Under the pieces are notes generated by a model. That model saw nothing but the letters and a program-made list of their open reading frames with translations, made no database searches and was not told where the DNA came from. This document shows positions 1-12,501 of a DNA stretch of 36,911 nt, in pieces. Where the stretch lies: NCBI RefSeq assembly GCF_000787575.1, contig NW_012236516.1, positions 284,922-321,832 of the forward strand. Direction: 5' to 3'. The position numbers and the translations under genes are program-made. How positions within the stretch are numbered: the stretch's first letter is position 1; each line of letters starts with the position of its first letter. Source of the DNA: Acytostelium subglobosum. Taxonomy: Eukaryota.

Positions 1-922
1 ATCAAGGTGGCATTTTGAATGAAAACTCGTGTGATTCCAAGTTATTTATCATTTCAATATTTGATCAATTAACGAATCAATGATTGATCCCATAACAAAC
101 AATTAATGATTGATTAAGAATATTGATATTATTGATAGTTATAGAGTATTGATGGGATAGGACTTCAATTCCAAACATGAAGACTCCATCAAATTAACAA
201 AACTCATCAAAAAACCAATCATGAGTTGAATAGATACCTGTCCTTTTTTATTATCTTTATTATATATTATATATCTAGACCTGGTATCCTTTATTCAATC
301 AATTATCCAAGTACACCATTGAACCATAAATGAAATAGTTTGTGTCCCTTTTGCAAAGATTGTTCATCAAAAACAAAACTCATCACCATTCGAATAATAG
401 TGTCGCTTGTGATTGGATTCCAAATGAAGTCAAGTTGGTGTGGCGTTGTGTGTGTGTTAGAGAATGTTTGTGTCTCACAACAACACAATGATGGGCAAGG
501 CCTTCCCTAACATCCAAACAACAATCAATCAATCAAATCAACCAACCATCTCATCTCCAATATAATACATTACATCATCCAATCACATTCATTCCATTCG
601 CATTCATTCATTCATACATTAGTTAGATACATATAAAACTCCTACTCCTATTCAGCTAGTAGCTCCCACATTGATTCTCTATCTCTCTATGGTGTTCTGA
701 CGATCACACATGGTAATGAGCCATAATCAAGCATCACATGAGCTCATTTAAGAAGGCCCCAGTGCCACCTCCGATCAGTAAATTGAACCCACCAACATCA
801 TCATCATCAGCATCGTCTTCATCTTCTTCCTCCTCATCTTCATCATGGGTAAAGTCCAAGAGTACACCAAATGGACAGGATGGAACAGTATGTGTTAGAT
901 AGATAGATCGATTCGAGATGGA

Positions 923-3731
923 ATGATTCCAGCCTCTACCACACCCCTGGCCTCGCACACACTCACACATCCCCACAAACTCATCAATCACAATCAGTTG
1001 TCAGCATTCCTACATAAACAATCTGCTAAGGCCCCGCCTGCTCCGGGCAAGCCAAAGAGCTATAAGAAGAAATGGTGTTGGTTCCAAGCGGACCAGGGCA
1101 CACTATACTACCACCAATCAGGCTCGATGAACTCAGGATCAGAGACGAGCACACCACTTAGCATAGGTTACCTGATCAAGAGTATCCATATTGACTCGTG
1201 TATTGTTGAAGCATCCACTCTGAAGCAAGAGTTCGTCATCACTCACACTGGTCCATCCAAGCGAAAGTGGATTTGGAAGGCCGAAGATGCCGCCACTGCT
1301 CAGCAATGGGTCAGCGGATTGAATGCGTTCAAACAGAGGACGCCGGCGGCCTCGGGAAAGCGGCCGCCAGCGCCCACACCCGGCACAGCCACATCGGCTT
1401 CGTCAAGTCAGCCCGATGCGACGCCAACACAGGCGGCACCGTCACCCGCCGCATCGGCCTCGCCCACATCATTCGTCAGGGGTGAGTCTGGCAATAAGTC
1501 GGCGTCTGGGGCGGATGGCAGCACCAGCCCATCTCTGCAGCCAATATCCTCTGCCTCCTCCAACTCGAGCTCAAACAGCAGCGAATCATTGCTCAGCAGC
1601 ACCGACAAGAACAAGAACATTGCTGAGCAGTTCTTAAAGAGCCTGTCGATCAATTGCGAGGCGGGCCTCGATCGGGCCAGCGGCAAGCAATCGTTTGGCG
1701 CCGTCAAGATCAGACAGCTGCTCGTGCGACAGAGCCCGCCACTGGACAGCGATCAGATCAACTACATCCTCTCGCTGCTGCAGAGCCAGATCACCTACAT
1801 GCAGGAGTGCTACGAGGAGATCCAGAAAGTGAGCGAGAGCAACAAGAAGCCAGTCACCGCGACCGTCGCTCACACCAAGCCGCTCACGACTGCGACGACC
1901 TCTGGTAAGCCTGCCGTGCCGCCCAAGTCCACCCCACCGCCCCCAGCACTGGTGTCATTGCCCTCACTCAGCAATATGGACGACGACGACGAGGACGACG
2001 CTCATCCCAAAGAGGACAGCATATTCTCGCTACTGCCCAATCACTTGTCGCTGTACATTCTGTCCTTCCTCGATGCAAAGCAGTTGTTGCTATGTGCCAC
2101 TGTGTCCTCGCGTTGGTTCCAGTTATCCACGGACAATGTGTTGTGGCTGCGCTTCACGACGCATCTTCAGACGCCTGCGTCGGTGTTTGACACGGGCAGG
2201 AGTTGGAAGACTGTCTATCTCAGTCATCGCAAGCAGTCCACATCGACCAAAGAGAAGAACATGAGTCGTGCCATAAGCATCTATGGCCTACCTGCGATCA
2301 CCAGCACATCTGGCAAGTCAGTCAAAGAAGGATACCTCTACAAGAGAGGTGAGGACATCCTAAGAATATGGAAGAAGAGATACTTTGTACTGAAGGAGAA
2401 CTGTTTATTCTACTTCCAACATCCAAATGTAAGTTTGTTACCGCGTGTTACCGTGTGTTACCACGTGTTGCCGCGACCTTTGGATACTCATACTAATGCT
2501 ATCCTTCAATCAATTGACGTGTCAACACAAACATAGGACAACTTCCCATGTGGAATGATCCCATTGCAGACCACATTCAGAGTAAAGAGAGTGTCACCAT
2601 CAACGAGGAAGCATTGCTTTAAGATCATACATGATGGATTGCAGAGTTGCAAGCAAAAGACTGGTGTCGGTATGACTGTGGAGAGAAAGGAGCCTTACTA
2701 TCTATCGGCCGACACCGATGAGGAGTGCAATGCGTGGATGACAATCGTCTTGGAGTCCATCCAAAAGAGTGATCGACTTCCATCATCATCATCATCATCG
2801 TCTACCTCGTCAATATCACCTACCAAGGTTATTGGTGCGGGTGTGAGTGGCAACAGAGGATCAAGTGGCAGCAGCAACAGCAACCCTGGCAGTGGCAGCA
2901 ACTCCCAACATCGATCATTCAATCCCAAGCCAAGCAATGTGCTCAAGGCAATGACTGGCAAGAAGTCGTCCAACTCTACGCCAATCTCTGCACAGTCACT
3001 GACTTCCGACCACTCCACGGCGACGACCAAGGTCGAGACACCGTCGCGCGCACTGTTTGGCCTGCCGCTGTCTGTGCTGATGGCCGAGCAGTCCAAGCAC
3101 ATCAGTCTGCCAATACCATTCATTCTCAATGTATGCTTCGAGGCGATACAGGCCTATGGTCTCCAGGAGGAAGGTCTGTTCCGAGTGTCTGGCAGTGTCT
3201 TGGAGATTGAGGCGCTCAAGACCATCTTTGAACAGAACACCACCTACACAGAGATGGACCTCCAACAGAGCGACATCCATGCCGTCACAGGCCTTGTCAA
3301 GTCCTTCTTCCGCAAGTTGCCCCACTCACTAATTCCAAAGGACCTAGATGAATACGCCACATCAGTATCGTGTATGTATCGTTGTTGGATACACTCTGGA
3401 ATCATTCCATCCCATAAATTAACACTTTCCCCCACACCCACCATCAGTGGCCCAGAGTCAGACGATTGAACAAAAGATCAATGAGTTCAAGTTCATCTTT
3501 GAGAGTTTGGACCCGGTGGTGTATAACATCTTTAGGTCGCTGTTGGCATTGCTTCGCCAGACCGTGGAGAACAAGGCCACGACAAAGATGACAGAGGACA
3601 ATGTTCTGATCGTCATCATGCCAACCCTAAAGTGCAAACCAGTATTAGTGGACAATGGAATACGATACTATCATCAAATATTCAATTCAACTTCATCCTC
3701 CTCATTATCATCATCTGCATCAGAAGATTGA
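923..3731 (+). CDS. Multidomain signalling protein: PH domain, F-box, second PH domain (split by an intron), RhoGAP domain; 3 exons
   Basis: Exons 923..2428, 2537..3371, 3448..3731. Intron 1 runs GTAAGT at 2429 to AG at 2536 (phase 0); intron 2 runs GTATGT at 3372 to CAG at 3447 (phase 1). PH-like: KSYKKKWCWFQADQGTLYY...WIWKAEDAATAQQWVSGLN. F-box-like: IFSLLPNHLSLYILSFLDAKQLLLCATVSSRWFQLSTDNVLW. Second PH: GYLYKRGEDILRIWKKRYFVLKENCLFYF|..KHCFKIIH..ECNAWMTIV. RhoGAP with arginine finger: LFGLPLS...PIPFILNVCFEAIQAYGLQEEGLFRVSGS...VTGLVKSFFRKLP....NKATTKMTEDNVLIVIMPTL. Start codon uncertain: a Ser-rich ORF at 738..902 with GTATGT at 888 could be an upstream exon, but no in-frame acceptor was found. 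Confidence 0.7.
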
Positions 3732-4464
3732 TCGAATGATCAATCTTCCAATTCCAGTTCCAGTTCCAGTCAATTCCACTCGCTCATCACAATCACCTTC
3801 AACAACAACAACAAACTTGTACTATTTATTTATTTATTTCATACATATACATAATAAACAAGGAAACGATAGTATCATTCATTGTCGTCAATCAATCAAT
3901 CAATCTTCAGAATCAACGCCCCAATAAACAAACATGAAAGTCTTGCCCAGGGACGACAATCACTGAATTTCAATTAATTTGTTTCACCATCACACCACCA
4001 CCTCACCTTTTTTTTGTTAGAACATCCACACCGCTCACCTTCCATTAGTATCACACCATCACGCACACACTTCATTCACAATCTCAGCAACAAACACAAA
4101 CAAACAAGCAACCTGGCAAGCAACAAACAAACATTCATTCATTCACACGTAACATAATCATCATTCATACACACACATAACTTACTACTCATATTTATAT
4201 AACTCTTGCACATACACTTATTTGATATACCATCATCACCAAGTGCTACTATTACTACTATCAATCTAATTCAAACAAACAATCTCCTCTTCATTTTTAT
4301 TAATATAATACAGAAAATCAATCAATCAGAGCACAGATCTTTGAAACAGTATATAGCATCATATTAATAATAAAGAGGTAGGATGATGATAATATGATAA
4401 AGAATGATAATGATGGTGATGATGATTGAGGATAAAGTAACTTACGAATCAATCAAACATGTAG

Positions 4465-5427
<963 letters not shown>

Positions 5428-5454
5428 ATACAACAACCCACCAGAGACATACAA

Positions 5455-5472
5455 CAATCAATCAATCAATCG
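5455..5472 (+). repeat. (CAAT)n microsatellite
   Basis: caatcaatcaatcaatcg lies in the region downstream of Rab14. It is one of many plus-orientation CAAT tracts between 5430 and 8410 (others at 6760..6777, 7147..7165, 7256..7285, 7975..7995, 8393..8410). Confidence 0.8.
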
Positions 5473-7553
5473 CTCAAACAAACAATCAATCACATCAATC
5501 ACATCAATAACAAACAACAAACTATGCTTGTTTGTTGGTGTTGGGCAGTCGACTGCCAACCCATAAAGTTGACTCGATGTCCACATCCATCCAACAACAA
5601 CACGTCGACTGTTTACGTTACGGACGCATCCTAACGACCCTACCCTTATCCTACTACTCCACTCACATACACACACCAACACCCATCCATCATCCATCTT
5701 GCCTTCCTGCCTGTTCCATCATTCAATAAACAACAAACCCTCCCCAAAGAGACCCTTGTCCTCCAATCCATTCGGAAGATAACCATTGTCAACAACAAGA
5801 ACAATAAGTTGGCAACATCAACACTTTCGGCATTGATCCACAAGTTGGAGGTTCATTGTACAATGAACCGAGCAACAGATGGATTACAGCTATTGTTGTT
5901 CTTGATGGATTGGGTCGTGCGACACTGGAATGGACCTGACAAAACCTGCCTGAACAATGGTAATAGCTGGAGCGCCAGACTACCATGTTCCATCCAAAGT
6001 GAAATAACATCATGTGGAGATTGAGGCAATCCAATCACACGTATCTGTATGCAATAGATCGACCACATGACTGTGACTTTGGAGACAAAAGTATGTGGAC
6101 ATGGGTAGTAATAGTTAAGGCATCAAGTATTAATGTGTGTGATGGAAGTGGATTGAATCAATCACCACGAGGGGCTTTGTTAAGGCTCATCTGAGGTGGG
6201 GTGATTTAATTTGGAGGTACTGTAGCTCCTTCGCTTTCGGGGAGACACATCAGCAGACCACACACACACAATAACAACTTACCCAATTCATTCAAGTCAG
6301 GGTCCACTACGCTGGTCTGACCAACCCAAGGCTCCTCAAACAAACTAAACAAACTAATTGGGCCTGTTCATAAGTTGAAAGTCCATCCAAGATGATCCAA
6401 CCACCTGAATGCCAGCAGTTCATTACTCGCGAGGACCATCTCATATTACACTCATTTAATCTCCCACTGTGTCGCTTCACATCCGTTCACTCTCCCATTC
6501 GAGACGAACAACCCATTATTAGAGTGCATCGGGAGGCACTTTAACTCTTTAACACTTTTGAACTTGTTTGGTTGTTGATGTTTATTGGAGGGAGACCGAG
6601 TGGAGTGGAGGGGAGGGAGAGGGGGGGAGTGTTAAGCAGGAAGGGCAGAGTAAGCATGTCAGAGTAGACACGATTGAGAGGCATGCCTGCATGGTTTTAG
6701 ATGATGTTGGTTGTTGAGTTGTCAATAAGACCCCCTAGCCCTTCATCCAATCCATCGGTCAATCAATCAATCAATCATTAATTAACAATCCTTTCTCTAT
6801 CTTTGACTCTACCTCTGCCTCCACATCCCAACCTTGCCATTCAAACCAACAATCAATCAAATACACACAACAACTTACACATGACATTCGTCTGGACTTG
6901 AAGAACAGCTAAACCATCCCTAATTAATTACATTTCTAATCACATTCTGTTATAAATATAACAAATCATATCATTATACATACATAAATACATATTCTGT
7001 CTTCATTCCAAGTCATCTCAAGCTCCAACCAATCCCAACCAACCCTTGTATTCAACTCAAAGTAGTTCAGTCTTCAACCCCAACCCTAGCCCTCAGACTC
7101 AGTCAGACTTGACATTGGCAAAACTCCTTGTATCATATTGTAAGTTCAATCAATCAATCAATCAAACATACATACAAACTTCCACATTTATTATGATAAT
7201 GAGTATATGTGAATGCATTCATTTGCGCGCTGTTCATTATCACATGTGTAAGGAGCCAATCAATCAAACAATCAATCAATCGATCAAACAAAACATACAT
7301 TCATGGATGATCCACCATTCTTCATCGGAACTCTCAATCGCACATTCATTCATTCACTCAACAACATAAGTGGTATTGTCCTAGTCCAATGTGTTAATGG
7401 CTTGGATGGATGATGACCACACTCCACACACACTCACTCAATCAATCAAACACATTCATCCACACACACCATTATCAATCCATCGGTCACTCCATACACA
7501 CATATAAATCAATGTACCCGTGTGGGTACATTGATGTTGGATTACCACTGTGG

Positions 7554-7576
7554 TTGTTGTTGTTGTTGTTGTTGTT
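7554..7576 (+). repeat. (TTG)n trinucleotide microsatellite, noncoding
   Basis: ggttgttgttgttgttgttgttgttgccg. Confidence 0.8.
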
Positions 7577-8285
7577 GCCGTACACTGTTTAAAACGAGTA
7601 TCCACCACCTTTCACTTTCAGGCTTGCCTAGCCTTATCTCCACCTCCTCCTAAGTTGCTGCGTGTGACTGTGTTGTTATTGATGTCTTATGATGAACTGA
7701 CTGGAGTGAGTGGTGTGTGTGCGTGAAGGGATATGTGATACCGCGGAGATGGATGCCAACGATTTATTTTTGGATACACATACATTGAATGAAGAGGTAG
7801 TTCAGCAAGCAATACAAGTATTGGCAACATTAGTAGTAGTAGCGGGAGGACGAACAGGTGGTAATGAAGCAACCATGTGAGTTGAGTTTCATCCCTGTTT
7901 GATCATAGCCTACCTACTATCATCCTTCCCTGTACCATCCCTTCATCCATCCATCCATCATATGCTCCGTCACATCGCCTATCAATCACATCAATCAATC
8001 AATCCAGTCATCACCAAACAACTCAATCATTCATTCATTCATCACGTCCAGTCCAAACCATATCCAGTCAGTCCATCAGTCTAGTCCAGTCCACCCATCA
8101 CTTCACATCCACACTTTTAAATCATTATTATTATTACAACACCAGAGAGAGAGAGTGCACTGTCAGCTGACCTTTATAATATATATATTTATATCTTTCC
8201 CTATCTCTACCTTAGGTATAATCACTCCTAATCAATCAAACTACGCACATCCAGCCATTGATCCAAACAAACATATTCAACAACA

Positions 8286-11014
8286 ATGATGGAACAAAAG
8301 AATAACAACAACAATGAGGATTCTCTTCAAATTATTACAAGGTAATTATTTTAAATTAATATTACAATTATGAAAGACAAATATTAATTCGAATCAATCA
8401 ATCAATCAAGATCACTACATATGCTCTCAAGAGAGAATTATAATGTATTGATTCAACAGATAGTTGCCAAATGTAATGAGTTTGATCAAATTACAATGGC
8501 AGAGACACTTACCAGACTGGTATTTGAAAAGGTTATGAATGAACCCAAGTTACTTCCATACCTCTCACAACTCTGTTCCAAGTTAGCTCCAATCTTCCAA
8601 AGAAATCTACGCATGGTATGTCATTACTTCACTTCCACTCCTATTCATTCACTTCCAGGAACAACTACATATTCCTGGAAAATAATGACATACATTGATA
8701 ACCAAAGACATACTAACACCATCCATCATCTTTGAATATCATTAATACTAATAATTAGTCAATTGGAGACTATATTATAAAATTATATTATAATGAATTT
8801 AATATATTACAGAATATTTTGGTTACCGCTGGAGGCAACAATCAAATGATGATGATGATGAGCGATCAAAAGGCAAAGATTATCAATGCATCACGCTTCC
8901 TGGCCGAGGGCTATAGATACAACATAATGAACGTGGACTTTTTTAGTAGGATAATCTCCACCTTTCTGCCCAAAGACTCGACCGAGACCAGCGAACACAA
9001 CGAGTTTACACTGATCCAGATCGAGTCGCTGGGCGTGATCGCTTCCATCATCGGCCGCTCCATTGACAGCTCGGCCAACGCCAACAAGCAGTCCAACCTG
9101 GTCATCCAGCACGCCATCGAGGACGGCTTCCAGTTGATACAGAACCTCTCGGTCAACCCCAACATCCGACCACAGACGCGATACATGCTCAAGAGCCTCA
9201 TCGAGCTCAAGAACAACCGCTGGGTACTGCCCTCACAACATCAGTCGCAAGTTGAGCAGGAGTCGCTGCACAAGGAGATCGTGGCCTTTGCCGAGGACAT
9301 GGGCAAGTCGATCAACAAGTTCCTCTCGTCACACTGCGCCAACGACGACACGTCACAGATCTTTTGGAAGACAATGTTGCAGTCCATCAGCACCAAGAAT
9401 TACATGTTGTTCAAGGAAACAATTCTGGAGGACCGCACCACATCGCCTTCGTCAGCCCCTGTCGTGCCCCTGTCACCATGGCTGCGAAGGGCCAGCGCCA
9501 AGATGCCCCTATCCCCATTGGGTGCCACAAGCGACCCCTCGGCCAACAAGCACAACATACAGCGACTCAACTTGTCAGACCTCCAACAGCAACAGCCAAT
9601 GGACATTGATAACAATGAGCAGCAGCAGTTTAGTTTGAGTGGCGACAGTGGCGAGCACAAGTCATTGCTACCAGTGTTGGCCAACAAGTTAATCTTGAAG
9701 AACATTGAGAGCAACTTGCCCTCGGGTTTCATCTCACCCAAGGCTCCACGCGACCCACAAGACTGCTCACCCGTTCTTCCCAATGGCGCAGAGCTGGGAG
9801 CAGGTCCCCACCGCGAGTCGCCGGAGCTATCCAACGCCGGTGGCAACTCATCTGGTGGCAACAACAGCAACCTGTCAGTACTGCTATCCATCATTGAGAG
9901 TAATATCATCGAGGACTCACGTGCGATCTGGAAGAGCAAGATCGTTAACCTGTTCCTCGAGATGAAGCCCACGCTCAAGAAGAACAACAAGACTGAGATC
10001 CTCGCTGCCGTTTGGCAGAGCATGTGCGACAACCAGGATGAGTTTGCCACATACGTCGACCTTTGTTGCACCCTGGTCAAGTTGGATGAGCCACCCAAGC
10101 GCGAGGAGAAACAGCCAAAGAAGTCACCACGCGACTCTATGAACATGCAGCAACCCACTGGTCCAGGCGGCAATGCTCATGAGATGCCCAATGTCGTCGT
10201 CAAGAAGATGCCAAATCGTCGTTGCTCAATGATCACCTTTAACAACAGCGGCAATGTTCCCAACACCTCGGTGCCTGCCAACCTGTTTGCCGAACAGCCC
10301 TCCAACTCCATGATGATGGCCAGACGTTCATCGATCGCCGCGCCATCCGAGCTCATCCGTCGTGGCTCCATGTCCGATGACTCTCCCAATGTCTGTCCAC
10401 CCGCTCCCAAACTCAAGGCCACGCCAACCCTGAGTTCCGTCTCACACAAGCAACTCGCCAACACCAAGCCCGCGCCACTCTCACTCCCACCCCTCACCAA
10501 CCTCAACAACAACAACAGCAACAACAACCTAAACAACAATGTACCAAATGTAAACAAGAACAAGGTGAATGCCAACAGCAATTTTGTCGACCAGCCCAAC
10601 GCCAAGAAGGTCAAGATGTCCAACTCAGAGTCGTTTGGCGAGGTGTTGGTCAACGCGCTGCAGGACGACCTGGCGCTACAGATGTTCATCAAGAAGGAGA
10701 GTCTGAACGTGTACTTCAAGCTGTTGGAGGACCTCTACAAGGAGTTTGTCATCGAGATACCATTGCTACTGAACTGCATCTCATTGATACAACTGCGTCA
10801 CTACGAGCTGTCTGAAGAGGAGTGTTTGAATCTGGAGGCACTGTCCAAACTGGCGCAAGACCAGCAGGACATTGACAAGGAGAGGGAATCACTACTGAGC
10901 AACACGAACCAATACTTTGCCTGGAAGACCAACACCTGGGAGGAGAAGCCTGCACCAGCTCAACCTCCTCCCTCTGGTTTCTTTGACCTCACAACAGATG
11001 TATTTGTTCTTTAA
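8286..11014 (+). CDS. MIF4G-domain protein (eIF4G/NOM1/Paip1-like), low-complexity middle region, helical C-terminal domain (possible MA3/W2); 3 exons
   Basis: Exons 8286..8341, 8411..8615, 8813..11014. Donors are GTAATT at 8342 and GTATGT at 8616; acceptors are aatcaag| at 8410 and attacag| at 8812. N-terminus: MMEQKNNNNNEDSLQIITRSLHMLSRENYNVLIQQIVAKCNEFDQITMAETLTRLVFEKVMNEPKLLPYLSQLCSKLAPIFQRNLRM|NILVTAGG.., which matches the first helices of a MIF4G fold. C-terminus: ...ESFGEVLVNALQDDLALQMFIKKESLNVYFKLLEDLYKEFVIEIPLLLNCISLIQ. An AATAAA sits 6 nt after the stop, at 11020..11025. Confidence 0.65.
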
Positions 11015-11019
11015 GTTAT

Positions 11020-11025
11020 AATAAA
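11020..11025 (+). promoter_or_regulatory. Poly(A) signal AATAAA for the MIF4G gene
   Basis: AATAAA begins 6 nt after the TAA stop (11012..11014). Confidence 0.5.
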
Positions 11026-11405
11026 TACACATACATATAATAACCAACAAGTAAGATATATATCTTTTTGGACAAAGGATGTTTGTAAATATTACTAAAG
11101 TCGGTCAGTCGGTCCAACATTAACCCCCAGGGATACAACAAGTGATCACTTTCATTGAATTTGTTCAATTTTATAATAACCAAGTTTCACTCACGCATCA
11201 CCACTTCACACCACAATCACACCACCATCACTCTACATCAACATCAACAACAACAGCCTCGCAAGGTAAGACCCTTCCATTCCTTTCCCTAACCTCACAC
11301 ACATCACTTCAACTCTCATTCAATCATTCATACATTCATTCACAGAATTATTATTACACATAATATATACATTACATTACACACAGATAAAGATATAAAG
11401 ATAAG

Positions 11406-12282
11406 ATGTTTAAGAAGGGATTGGATGTATTGAACAAGACAAAGGAGGCTGCTAAGGCTTCAATCGTTGACTTGGTAGAGGAGACTGAAGAGGTCAACAA
11501 TGCCAAGGGACAGATCAAGAATATGAAGTGGTGCTTGAAGTTATTGACAGAGTTGTCAAAGAACTATTGTGTTCACTCTGGTATGTTGTCTGTGACAAAC
11601 AAGACAATGCCACGCAACAGGCATAGTAGGACAGGAGTACTCATCATCAGCCCCAATAACAAATTAAACAGATAAACAGGTTCAACAAGGACAGGCATTG
11701 GCTCAGATATTCACCAAGTTTGGTGACAAGACATCACATACCAACTATATTTCAAACTTGACTGTACCATTGTCAGTGTCATTGATGCAGGTTGGCAGCG
11801 GTGTACAGGACGGCTCATTGTTGTTCCAACAGTACTCCGTTGGTTTCTACGATCGCCTGGGCAACCAGCTCACAGCACTGTACGAGGGTGCCGTCAAGAA
11901 GGTGATCGCCTTGGAGAAGGAGCAGGAGGAGGTGCGCGCCAAGTACAGCGCCGCCGTCTACAATCTCAAGAGTGCACAAAAGTCTGGCAAGCACGTCAGC
12001 GAGAAGCAGGATGAGCACGACGTGTCAAAGGGTGGCTACGACCAGATCTCAAACAGACTGGTGTCAGAGACCAAGGACATGGTCAAGACTGTGCAGCTGG
12101 AGGTGGCACTTTCCCTGAAGCAGTTTGTCCAAGATCAGAGACGTTTTGCCGAGGAGGGTATTAGACGATGGACCGAAGCCGAGGACAAGATCTTTGGTGT
12201 CGAGTCCCCAGTGGCCACCTCATCGGACCCATCAGCCGTGAGCCTTGAGAAGCTCACTGTCCAAGATAGCAGTGTTCTCTAA
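11406..12282 (+). CDS. Small coiled-coil / BAR-like protein of unknown function, 2 exons
   Basis: Exons 11406..11580 and 11672..12282. The donor is GTATGT at 11581 and the acceptor is aaacag at 11671 (phase 1; the junction codon is GAT). Product: MFKKGLDVLNKTKEAAKASIVDLVEETEEVNNAKGQIKNMKWCLKLLTELSKNYCVHSDKQVQQGQALAQIFTKFGDK...YEGAVKKVIALEKEQEEVRAKYSAAVYNLKSAQKSGKH...KTVQLEVALSLKQFVQDQRRFAEEGIRRW.. I did not recognise a family beyond its helical, BAR-like character. Confidence 0.5.
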
Positions 12283-12501
12283 ATTGATTGAATGATTGAT
12301 TGATAGACAATCATCTTCAACAACAAGTAATATACATAATTATCGGTCATTGAATATTTAATCGATCAATATCTAGAGAAGTAATAATAGTTTATATAAT
12401 ATATGTATGGTATAGCAACATCTTTGTCCATGCCTCGAGGCCTTGGATACATCAATGTAGGTAGTTGTAATGGTAACATATGGAAAATGAATGGTATGGA
12501 T

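Noticed and set aside
303-488. 61-aa minus-strand ORF (..LDFIWNPITSDTIIRMVMSFVFDEQSLQKGHKLFHLWFNGVLG) near the window start; could be the last exon of a gene lying to the left.
   Set aside because: It has no recognisable domain, has low-complexity CETQTFSNTHTT at its N-terminus, and has no upstream exon within the window. Insufficient evidence to call.
738-902. Ser-rich plus-strand ORF (MSSFKKAPVPPPISKLNPPTSSSSASSSSSSSSSSSWVKSKSTPNGQDGT) ending at a GTATGT (888), which could be exon 1 of the PH/F-box/RhoGAP gene.
   Set aside because: No acceptor gives an in-frame join to the downstream reading frame. The only phase-compatible AG (898) would make an 11-nt intron. It is left as a possible upstream or alternative first exon, not as a called feature.
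7046-8084. Small ORFs (60-107 aa) at 7046..7369, 7410..7592, 7687..7872 and 7899..8084, translating to H/S/I/N/Q-rich peptides.
   Set aside because: These are translations of CAATCA-type microsatellite and AT-rich spacer (SINQSINQ..., HSFIHS...). They have no codon structure or homology and are treated as noncoding.
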